DNA of 64,000 nt from Macrostomum lignano (Eukaryota). A program made the translations under genes and the position numbers. Numbering within the stretch: position 1 is the stretch's first letter; every line of letters starts with the position of its first letter. Shown in pieces: positions 18,301 to 29,100 of this stretch. The DNA lies in assembly GCA_002269645.1 (NCBI GenBank), contig NIVC01000550.1, positions 198,509-262,508 of the forward strand. The letters run 5' to 3'. The notes beneath the pieces were generated by a model. It was given only the letters and a program-made list of their open reading frames with translations, was not told the DNA's origin and made no database searches.

Positions 18301-19599
18301 GTAAGTTTGTGAAATCTATGAAGTTTCTGGTTAGCTTGTGAAGTTTCTGGTTAGTTTGCGAAGTTTCTGATTAGTTTGTAAAGTTTCTGATTAGTTTGTG
18401 AAGTTTCTGGTTAGCTTGTGAAATTTCTGGTTAGTTTGTGAAGCTTCTTGTTAGTTTGTGAAATTTCTGATTAGTTTTTGAATTTTCCGATTAGTTTGTG
18501 AAGTTTCTGATTCGTTTGTGAAGTTTCTGATTCGTTTGTGCAGTTTCTGATTCGTTTGTGCAGTTTCTGATTAGTTTTTGAAGTTTCCGATTAGTTTGTG
18601 AAGTTTCTGATTCGTTTGTGAAGTTTCTGATTCGTTTGTGAAGTTTCTGATTCGTTTGTGCAGTTTCTGATTAGTTTTTGAAGTTTCCGATTAGTTTGTG
18701 AAGTTTCTGATTCGTTTGTGAAGTTTCTGATTCGTTTGTGCAGTTTCTGATTAGTTTTTGAAGGTTCTGATTCGTTTGTGAAGTTTCTGGTTAGCTTGTG
18801 AAGTTTCTGGTTAGCTTGTGAAGTTTCTGATTAGCTTGTGAAGTTTCTGGTTAGCTTGTGAAGTTTCTGGTTAGTTTGTGAAGTTTCTGGTTAGTTTGTG
18901 AAGTTTCTGGTTAGCTTGTGAAGTTTCTGGTTAGCTTGTGAAGTTTCTGGTTAGCTTGTGAAGTTTCTGGTTAGTTTGTGAAGCTTCTGGTTAGTTTGTG
19001 AACATTTAAAGTTTCTGATTCATTCTTGACAGAAGCTTTTAAACTTAACATCCGTTGTCTTGAGATGCGCTCTGGTTTGTGAGTGTTGTGAGCTGTTAAA
19101 GCTTCCGGTTTGTGAAAGCGCCCCGCTCACCAACAACGGTCATCCAAGGCCACAGCTGTTTCGCATCGGCTCCATGAGTGGCGGCATGAGCGCGGAGCGA
19201 TCTCATCGCTGACTCGGCGGCAGCGGCGGCTGCGGCGGCAGAGTCTGACTCATGCGGGTGATGATGCAGCACTGGCTGCTCCCCTGAGACAGCGGCTGCG
19301 GCGGCTGCGGCTGCGGCGGCGGCTGCTGCGGCAGCTGGCATCCAAAGTCCACCAGCTGCAGGATGCATCGAAGTCTCAACTGCAGACTGCTGTTGCTGCT
19401 GCTGCTGCGGCTGGTGCTTGTAGAACTGATGCTGCTGCTGCTGAGTATGTTGATGGAGAGGATTCTGGTGATGCTGAATGAAAACTGTCGAATCCAATAA
19501 GTTTTGATGCTGCTGTTGCTGATGTTGATAACTGCTCACTGACACTGTTGAGTTATGCTGCTGGTGAGCATTCTGACTGAATGCGAAACAGTAATTCAT
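12315..19599 (-). CDS. Lox4: Central-class Hox protein, Lox4/Ubd-A type (266 aa); CDS = join(19599-19131, 12646-12315)
   Basis: Exon 1 encodes a Q/A-rich region ending in hexapeptide LWPWMTVVG with donor G|GTGAG. Exon 2 follows TTGCAG| and continues in phase as [26 protein letters not shown]...[15 protein letters not shown] plus the Ubd-A/Lox4 parapeptide QQIRELN. Total 801 nt. Confidence 0.93.
12665..13470. repeat. 20-bp-unit minisatellite (GTCAGGAGAGGAGTTGGGGT), ~40 copies, abutting the Hox 3' splice site
   Basis: Near-perfect tandem array; source of the [10 protein letters not shown] ORFs. Confidence 0.97.
13495..13670. repeat. 20-bp-unit minisatellite (CTCAGGAGAGGCACTGTAAT), sharing a CAGGAGAGG core with the adjacent array
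   Basis: About 9 units. Confidence 0.9.
14260..15090. repeat. 33-bp-unit minisatellite (ATCCCCACCGATCCTTCAGGGGTGGCAGTGACT) with 21-bp truncated sub-units in the right half
   Basis: Tandem with no spacers. Confidence 0.95.
15525..16140. repeat. Degenerate A/C-rich minisatellite (AAAAACGGCGCCCCAC / AAACACACGGCACCCCAC)
   Basis: Visible mixed tandem units. Confidence 0.9.
16845..17350. repeat. 24-bp-unit minisatellite (GTAGGCGGAAACTTCAAAGAGATT), partly a 48-bp dimeric higher-order repeat
   Basis: AAGTACATT and AAAGAGATA variants alternate at 16845-17080. Confidence 0.92.
18000..19005. repeat. 20-bp-unit minisatellite (TTAGTTTGTGAAGTTTCTGG)
   Basis: About 50 units ending ~125 bp from the Hox donor site. 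Confidence 0.93.
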
Positions 19600-20217
19600 T
19601 TCGGATCCTGTCTTGTCTTTCAATTTCTGTTTTTGCCGGTATCAAGCTGCATGGCATCCAATTTTCATACACAGTTATTAATCCTATTTTTCGGCTCCTT
19701 TCACCCTTCTCGCGGATTCACCTGGCATGAGGCAGGGCGGGCGAGTTGGCGGCCCCCTCTCTCTCTCTCTCTGTTCCCCGCCATCGACCGCGACCGCTGG
19801 TTGGCTGGCGAGTCCGCGGGATGGGATGGGGAGTGGAGGGGGAGCGGTGTGTTTGGGCGTGCTGGTTGCTGGGGCTTTTCTGGAGAAATAATCCTCATAA
19901 ATACCAAAGCTAATGAAATGACCCCTTTGAACAGGATAGAATAGCACACAAAAAGGCAGGGTAAAACGACTCCCAAACAGACAGGGTCAAAGGGCTAGCT
20001 CAATCCAACCGAAAAGCAATTATCACATAGCTACTCGAAGAGCTAATCAAATACGCTTATAGTCGCAAAATGTTAATAATTGAAGAAAACAGGTGCAAGA
20101 TTAATGTCTTCATATTTATGTTTTGTGTACAAACTCCCAGATGATAAAATCATATCCAGACATATTAATTATATTGATCGTCTTATGGCAGCATGGGGAC
20201 GCCTTGTTGGTTGCCAG

Positions 20218-20298
20218 CACAGGGGCTTTAGCACCAGGGGCTTTAGCACCAGGGGCTTTAGCACCAGGGGCTTTAGCACCAGGGGCTTTAGCACCAGG
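20218..20298. repeat. 15-bp tandem repeat (CACCAGGGGCTTTAG) x5
   Basis: Perfect copies. Confidence 0.9.
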
Positions 20299-20867
20299 CG
20301 CGCCAGCAGAATTCCACACAGACTCTCCTGAGATCACAAAGTTCCTGTTTCTCTTCTCAACTCAATTCAGCTCACTCGCACCAGTAAGCACAACCGGCTA
20401 TCAACAGCCATATATAAAATAAAAGTAACAGTCGTATAAACTTCGTTTCTAATAATTTATGTTTTTATATTACCGCGGATATCCGTGCCTATTCTAGCAT
20501 GTATAATTAGCTCTCTGATATAGGCAGAGGGTCATTAATAAATCTAGAGTAGAATCTCTCGAAACAGGGGGTGGGTGACCATCGCAGATGGCGCTCCCAT
20601 AAGTTTGGGCTTCCCAAATCAATTCTTATAGAATTTTTTTGAGTTGGAAAGACATTTAAAACACAATTGACTGCAGGTGCCCAGCTGCACTTTTACAGTT
20701 CAGCTGTCTTCTGACTGCGCTTGCCTGGGCACTGAATGATATTATGGTCAATTTATTACCCGCTAAGGGGGGGCGGAATGGGCAATTGCCTCAGCTCTAG
20801 TTGTGGGACCATGTCGCTAAAGGCGTTGCGCCCCAGGTTCCCATCCACTTCATTATTAACACGACCT

Positions 20868-22120
20868 CTAATCCCACACCCGATGCTTCAGTGGGAGCTG
20901 CTGACCCACACCCGATGCTTCAGTGGGAGCTGCTGATCCCACACCCGATGCTTCAGTGGGAAGTGCTAATCCCACACTCGATGCTTCAGTGGGAACTGCT
21001 GATCCAACACCCGATCCTTCAGTGGGAGCTGCTAATCCCACACCCGATGCTTCAGTGGGAAGTGCTAATCCCACACTCGATGCTTCAGTGGGAGCTGCTG
21101 ATCCCACACCCGATCCTTCAGCGGGAGCTGCTGATCCCACACCCGATGCTTCAGTCGGAGCTGCTGATCCCACAACCGATGCTTCAGTGGGAACTGCTGA
21201 TCCCACACCCGATGCTTCAGTGGGAGCTGCTGATCCCACACCCGATGCTTCAGTGGGAGCTGCTAATCCCACACTCGATGCTTCAGTGGGAGCTGCTGAT
21301 CCCACACCCGATCCTTCAGTGGGAGCTGCTGATCCCACACTCGATCCTTCAGTCGGAGCTGCTAATCCCACACCCGATGCTTCAGTGGGAGCTGCTGATC
21401 CCACACCCGATCCTTCAGCGGGAGCTGCTGATCCCACACCCGATGCTTCAGTGGGAGCTGCTGATCTCACACCCGATGCTTCAGTGGGAGCTGCTGATCC
21501 CACACCCGATGCTTCAGTGGGAGCTGCTGATCCCACACCCGATGCTTCAGTGGGAGCTGCTGATCCCACACCCAATGCTTCAGAGGGAGCTGCTGATCCC
21601 ACACCCGATGCTTCAGTGGGAACTGCTGATCCCACACCCAATGCTTCAGAGGGAGCTGCTGATCCCACACCCGATGCTTCAGTGGGAGCTGCTGATCCCA
21701 CACCCGATGCTTCAACGGGAGCTGCTGATCCCACACCCGATGCTTCAGAGGGAGCTGCTGATCCCACACCCAATGCTTCAGAGGGAGCTGCTGATCCCAC
21801 ACCCGATGCTTTAGTGGGAGCTGCTGATCCCACACCCGATGCTTCAGCGGGAGCTGCTGATCCCACACCCGATGCTTCAGTGGGAGCTGCTGATCCCACA
21901 CCCGATGCTTCAGCGGGAGCTGCTGATCCCACACCCGATGTTTTCAGTCGGAGCTGCTGATCCCACACCCGATGCTTCAGTGGGAGCTGCTGATCCCACA
22001 CCCGATGCTTCAGTGGGAGCTGCTGATCCCACACCCGATGCTTCAGAGGGAGCTGCTGATCCCACACCCGATGTTTTCAGTCGGAGCTGCTGATCCCACA
22101 CCCGATGCTTCAGTGGGAGC
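20868..22120. repeat. 33-bp-unit minisatellite (GATCCCACACCCGATGCTTCAGTGGGAGCTGCT), ~38 copies
   Basis: Source of the GAADPTPDASV ORFs in several frames. Confidence 0.97.
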
Positions 22121-22784
22121 AGTTATCCAGTGAAATCATCTCGTCTTCAAATTCAAAGTGAAAAGTTTAAAACCTGCTTTTTAGTGAGTTATATAAAGGC
22201 CCAGTAAATTAACTGAAAATCGCAAGTGAAGTGTAAAAACCAAGCTTAATTATCACGCGTTAGCTCGCGTATATAGAAGCCCCCAAGCACTGACGTGTAT
22301 ACGACCTGCTTTCAGCTTTCAAGAACTCATGGAGTCAAACTACGGAACAAGATCGTAAATCAGACTTGCTCAAGAAGAGCAGGCCTCTCGACTCGATCTT
22401 CCCCAATCCCGCTATCCACACTGGCGAGTGTGTATATCTTCCCGAACTCAAATAAGGCCTTACACTTCATCCTACGAATGCCATTTACGAGTATATATCA
22501 TCCGGCAGCATGGCGAGCCATGCAGTGAAGCGGGCGAGCCTCCGCAGGGAAATTTCGAAAACTGTGCCACTGGATCTATACACGGTGCAGCATCGGGGTT
22601 GAGATAATATTTATGACCTTTAGCTGTATAGCAACAGATGGACTCGCCCGTTTGGAAGGATATTTTAATTAACTCGGAAAGAATATTGGTGCCATAATTT
22701 TACGCATGAGTATGAGATTGTGATAGCGACTACGGAGCTTTGCTTTTACGCTTGTATTTTACAGATCCGGTATTACAAAATGGG

Positions 22785-23275
22785 GCCATAGAAGAGGAAC
22801 AGCGGAGGCCATAGAAGAGGAACAGCGGAGGCCATAGAAGAGGAACAGCGGAGGCCATAGAAGAACAGCGGAGGCCATAGAAGAGGAACAGCGGAGGCCA
22901 TAGAAGAACAGCGGAGGCCATAGAAGAGGAACAGCGGAGGCCATAGAAGAGGAACAGCGGAGGCCATAGAAGAACAGCGGAGGCCATAGAAGAGGAACAG
23001 CGGAGGCCATAGAAGAACAGCGGAGGCCATAGAAGAGGAACAGCGGAGGCCATAGAAGACGAACAGCGGAGGCCATAGAAGAGGAACAGCGGCACCATAG
23101 AAGAGGAACAGCGGGACATAGAAGAGGAACAGCGGTCCATAGAAGAAGAAGAGGAACAGCGGTCCATAGAAGAAGAAGAGGAACAGCGGTCCATAGAAGA
23201 GGAACAGCGGTCCATGGAAGAGGAACAGCGGGCCATAGAAGAGGAACAGCGGGCAATAGAAGAGGAACAACGGGC
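22785..23275. repeat. 20/23-bp-unit minisatellite (GAACAGCGGAGGCCATAGAAGAG)
   Basis: Visible tandem copies. Confidence 0.92.
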
Positions 23276-23964
23276 CAAAGCATCTTATCAAGGCAAGGCT
23301 GCAAAGGCAGTCTCTCTGAGACTAGCTTATGACATATATCTACTATTACAACTGTACCAGAGGCGGTGCCCGATGGAAGCAGAAAAAAGACAACAAAGAA
23401 AAGTCAGGAGGATCAGAAAAAACTCGGAGCAATAATATATTGCAACAGCAGTCAAAGGAAACCGATTTTATACTCGTAGTTTAGTTAGCAACTGGTTTCT
23501 GCCGCCAAAGAGGGAAACTCAATGACCCGGCGGCGGCTTATTCTTTCTTGCCGACTTCTAGAAGAAGAAACAGACACTTGGACCGCGGGGACAGGTTTCT
23601 CTCGCTATAATACCACTCGTTGCAAATTGTTTGCTTACCCAATTTTCCCATTCAGCGACGCCGGGACATGCGGCAAGCCGAAAAAGCATTTACAATCCTT
23701 ATACGAAAAGAAACTATTTTTACAATGCAAGCCAAGTTTAGCCCAGTATCCAACGGAAACTCCGCGAGCCAAAAAGACAAAATTTGGCATGACCAGCGGC
23801 GCTACACCCAACTGTTTTAGAATCGATTTAGAAATTTACAATCAGCAGTAGCAGCGACTGAGCGTCGCGCGCAATGATGCGAGAAAAAATCGACATGCTT
23901 GCCTGACGAAGAGGCCAGAGACTCGAAACCGGTAGCCAATATTAAAATTTTTTTAAACACGCCG

Positions 23965-23970
23965 TGACCT

Positions 23971-24032
<62 letters not shown>

Positions 24033-24475
24033 ATCTCTTGTCACCTCATCGTGTCTCTGATCTTTCGCCTCTCTCCTCTCTTATCTCCGCTACCCCTGCT
24101 CTCACCTCTCCTCTCTTATCTCCACTTCCCCTCCTCTCACCTCTCCTCTCTTATCTCCACTTCCCTTGCTCTCACCTCTCCTCTCTTATCTCCACTTCCC
24201 CTGCTCTCACTTCTCCTCTCTTATCTCCACTTCCCTTGCTCTCACCTCTCCTCTCTTATCTCCGCTACCTCTCTCACCTCTCCTCTCTTATCTCCGCTAC
24301 CACTCTCTCACCTCTCCTCTCTTATCTCCACTTCCCTTGCTCTTACCTCTCCTCTCTTATCTCCGCTTACCCTCCTCTCACCTCTCCTCTCTTATCTCCG
24401 CTTCCCTTGCTCTCAACCTCTCCTCTCTTATCTCCGCTTCCCCTGCTCTCACCTCTCCTCTCTTCTCCCGTCTCT
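23965..24475. repeat. (CT)n microsatellite followed by a CT-rich minisatellite
   Basis: (CT)n at ~23965-24030; CTCACCTCTCCTCTCTTATCTCC units to 24475. Confidence 0.9.
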
Positions 24476-26102
24476 GATCTACAGTCAAGTTAAGCACGTA
24501 AAAACCGTCTTAAATTTCAATTAAAGCAATACAAAGTTTGCTTCTAAATGCCAAAAGAAATGAAGCAAGGCGAGCTTCTTTACAAGTAAGACAATCAAGA
24601 AGTTTTGTTGCTTTTGTACGCCGAACAAAATGTGTTGCCGGGCCGCGCAAACTTTCAGTTTTAGGGGAGATGAGCTGGGTAAAAAAGGGGCTTTTTCTTG
24701 CGCGCGTATGCATCATTAACTACTAGTATATTTTGTTTACTCTCTCAGTTAGTAGTATATAGCGCATTCTACTAGATTCTCTCAGTATCATAGTAGAATA
24801 TATCAAACTTTAGCTGTTGTTAGGAAACAGAAAAATTGGATTTTTTCCATGGAAACGATGGCAAACAGACTTGGATATAGTATAATTATTATTAATATAA
24901 ATCAGTAAATTAAATGAGAGGCTTCTGTAAAGACAGTTATTTTTTATAACAAGCGATTAAACCTGGATACGCGAGAACTCAGTCTACTTTAAGTAGACGA
25001 AAACGCATTTTTAATCCTTTTCCCCCGGGCGAGATCGATTTATATATGTATAGAAGTGGATTAAATATTGTAGCTGACAAACAATTATTATAAAAATGAT
25101 AATTTCCGTTTTCCAACAGTAGACAATAAGCTTACTAGTTCTGTTCTCGCTGAACTAGTTGAGTTGTTTAGCATTGTGAACACATTTCGTTAATAAAACT
25201 GAATAAATTACACATATTACTATTAGTAAAGTAGTACAACACAGTAATATGGACAGTATGTAATAATATAAAAATTGTATTAAGGTGCAAAAATAGTTGT
25301 AATAAATAGAAAATTTTGGTTGATTTCTGCTTCAAACCTTGCAATCCTCTGGATAAACAAACAAACAAACAAACGGATAGACTCCCGTAGCAACTAAATG
25401 AATAATGCTCATTAGTAATAATAATGCATATACACCAGGACAGTAATAATAAAACAAAAAAACAACGCAACACTAAACCACTGACATAAATCTTACAAGT
25501 ACAGGCAAACTAAAGAGATAGAACATATACTTACATACATGTACATTCAGCACAATAATAGTAGTGCATATATGCAGTACGCCCTCTCAGACTCGAAGCG
25601 AGATAAATGGCAGAGACGCACATTACTGAGACGAAGAAAAGTTTTACAAACAGAAAACTGAAACAAACTGAAGCAGACGCAAATGGGGACAAATGAATAA
25701 TAACCACTACTGCTTATTATCATTCATGTTAAGCATGCGAGCGAAGTCTGCGTGTGTGTGTGTGTTGTGTGTGCACAAACTACTTAAAGCAATATATAGT
25801 AGATATTAACGGGCAAAAGCAAACAAAAAAGAAACTGAAAAAATGGAACTGGGTTTCACGGGAGAGTGGGGGCGGGCAGGAGGGTTCTCGCGTCTCGCCT
25901 TTGTTTTTTAAAGTTGCGTCGTCTAATAATAATAATAATAATTTTCAAAATAATTCGGACAATTAATTAGCTGAATTAGTTAATTAAGATAGACTGCGCG
26001 TTCGTTTAGCGGCGTTTCCTCGGTTTTTATTTAATTTTCCTCAGATGTTGCATCGATTTGTCAATAGACTTTTGTTTAGAGATTTAATCGATCAGTAGCC
26101 GA

Positions 26103-29100
26103 TCAATAATGATGACCGCCCCAGAAGGCCTGCTGGCCTTTTGGTTTCAGATTTTTCATCGGGTCGCCGCCGCTGTTAGAGCCCATGTGGCCGGGCGGCG
26201 GCGGCGGAGGCGGCGGCGGCAGCTGCTGGTGGGGCAGCAGAGATGGCGGCGGTACGGACATCATACCAGCCACTGGCGGCGGCTGCTGAGCCTGCTGACC
26301 AGCCTGCTGTTGCTGCTGCTGCTGCTGATGCGGTGGGCCATAGTAACCCATTGGTCCAGTCATACCGTGATGACTAGGCGCCTTGTGATGATGGAACATC
26401 GGCCCACCGCCAGGCTGTTGCTGCTGTTGAACAACCGACTTTGGCGGCCCACCGCTGGCCTGCTGTTGCTGATGTTGCTGCTGCTGCTGCTGCTGCTGTT
26501 GTTGATGCTGCTGGTGCAGCTTAGCCTGATTATAATCATCTGGACCGACACCCTGCGATTGTTCGTAGCTATTGGCTGAACCGTAGCCAAATGCGCCGGC
26601 CTTTGATGTCACCTGTACATAGGTAGATTAATTGGAAGCGATTTATGAATACATGTAATTAGTAAAATAAATTATGCAGCAGCTATCTTATTAACTACAG
26701 TATGAAAGATTAAAGGTAAATTTGTTAATTAAAGATAGTGAATCATTTTTCATTTATGCAAGTGGATTTGTTTAATGGCGATACGGGTAGCGATAGCGAC
26801 TTTTCGATGTTTCTCAGTATGATTTCCAATAAATAAGCATAAATCGATATGCCCAATTATAAAATAATTTATTGTTCGACAAACAGATTTGCTATGTAAC
26901 TTTATATTAAGTAGTGTGTAGTTTTTAGTCAAACTAAGATAACGCATAATGCAAATACGCTAAGGACACGATTTGCGGCATAATAGTGAGACCGATTGAT
27001 AATTGCATAATAGAACTCTAACCCTACCCAGCCGCAGATAACAGTTAGGGGAGGGGGGGGTTGTTTGGCTGACCACGAATTAAATCGATAGCCTGTCCCT
27101 CACTCGCTCAGCCCCATCACGCACAGGCGCAGATAACAGAGGATAGGAAGTTAAGGCGGTGAGGGTTGGTTGGCTGACCACGAATTAAATCGATAGCTCC
27201 CTCACTCCCCCAGCCAAGTACGCACAGGCGCAGATAACAGAGGATAGGAAGTTAAGGGGGTGAGGGTTGGTTGGCTGACCACGAATTAAATCGATAGCTC
27301 CCTCACTCCCCCAGCCAAGTACGCACAGGCGCAGATAACAGAGGATAGGAAGTTAAGGGGGTGAGGGTTGGTTGGCTGACCACGAATTAAATCGATAGCT
27401 CCCTCACTCCCCCAGCCAAGTACGCACAGGCGCAGATAACAGAGGATAGGAAGTTAAGGGGGTGAGGGTTGGTTGGCTGACCACGAATTAAATCGATAGC
27501 TCCCTCACTCCCCCAGCCAAGTACGCACAGGCGCAGATAACAGAGGATAGGAAGTTAAGGGGGTGAGGGTTGGTTGGCTGATCACGAATTAAATCGATAG
27601 CTCTCCTCAATCGATGGGTTGGTTACATAATGCACGCTGGTACAGGCAGCACAGAAATAGGCGACTAGACAGTGGGTAAGCTGCTGGGACAGGATAAATT
27701 TATTTAAAAAAATACCATCTTTACTTAAATTACTAAGCAACACAGTGTTGTTGCGAGGTCAAGATCAATTTTGGACGATACAAAACATAAAAAATCAATA
27801 ATATGTAATACAACTGCCACTAATTTTAAAGGCAATAAAAATCAGTTAGATATTAAAGATATACAGACACCAAACTAAAACTAGCGCTAAGTTGCAATTA
27901 GCAAAATCAACACAAGTATTGAGATAGGATGGCAAACGAGATCTACAGTCAGCAATATATTTAAGTTTCCAACCCTAAACCACAGATACTAGAACAACTA
28001 GATGGGCCACTCAGCACATTTGCGTGTAAGCTACTTTCAGTTCAGTAGTAAGTTGAAGAGAAGCATTTAATTTATTTTAAAGCCAAAGCTCATTCATTTA
28101 TTGGCGCATACCCTCCAGTCTAAACCCACCGCCCCGCCCCAATTATTGCCTTTCTCGGAATTCGAGCCTAAAGCTGCCATGTACATTTCAGTGGACTGGC
28201 TATAATGTACATTATTGGCATTGCTGAACCAATTAGCAAGTTGTTTACGCCTGCAAGCTTGGCTTCTAAACTTAACTAAGTCATTTCAGCTGCTATTTTT
28301 TTTATAAAATAGCTTATGTATTCTTCTTTGCTACTGAACTGAAGGTAGAAAGGCGTTTTACTGAGTACGTATGCCTGAGTGGCCCATCTAGCTATTTTAG
28401 AATCTGTGCCCTAAACCAGTGGTCAACAACAAGCGGCAGCTTTAATCCAACTAGCCATAACTCTCCACCGCTCTCCTTACCAGCGTAAGCTAAAGTCTTG
28501 CCGACGCAAATTGCATCAACCACAGTTGGAAATATTTGACCACTGGTTTCGTGGTGGAAACTATCAACTAGCTGAGTGCATACCAAGGAGTTAAAGATTC
28601 TATACGAGAGTTACTACGTGCAATCCGACTGTGTTGCTTGCCCATGCCCGTGGCTCGTAAATTGGAAACAGCTTCATGAAACTTCTCACAAGAACTAAGA
28701 GTACAAGTACAATGGCATACGGACAGACACAGCGCTCCCAAGTTATCATAAAAGCAGTACATTAAAACTGAATGCGATTTAATAAGAAAGATAATTACCA
28801 TCTGAACCTTGAAGAGATTGTTAATGGGAGGAGTTACAGGACGGCAAATTAGTAAATATTAATATAAAATTAAGACCACAGAATTATCTGCACGAGTAAC
28901 TACTTTTTACAACGAATAAGCTCAGGTTTATTAAAATAGTTTAAATGAAATTAGCGCTTGCGTGCAATGGCCACAAAACCATAATAATAATAATAATGTA
29001 ATACTAATAAATGCATACTAACATAATAGGACAAAAAATAGCAGTAGGCAATAAAAATGTTTTTTTTCAAGTTTGGCGATTGATATTTACAAGAGACAAA

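Noticed and set aside
12315-26100. Hox-associated microRNAs (miR-10, miR-993, iab-4)
   Set aside because: I found no match to the miR-10 or miR-993 mature sequences I recall, and no convincing pre-miRNA hairpin by eye.
28417-28546. CAGTGGTCAA...TTGACCACTG mini inverted repeat next to MITE A copy 1
   Set aside because: No matching TSD and very short; cannot be called an element.
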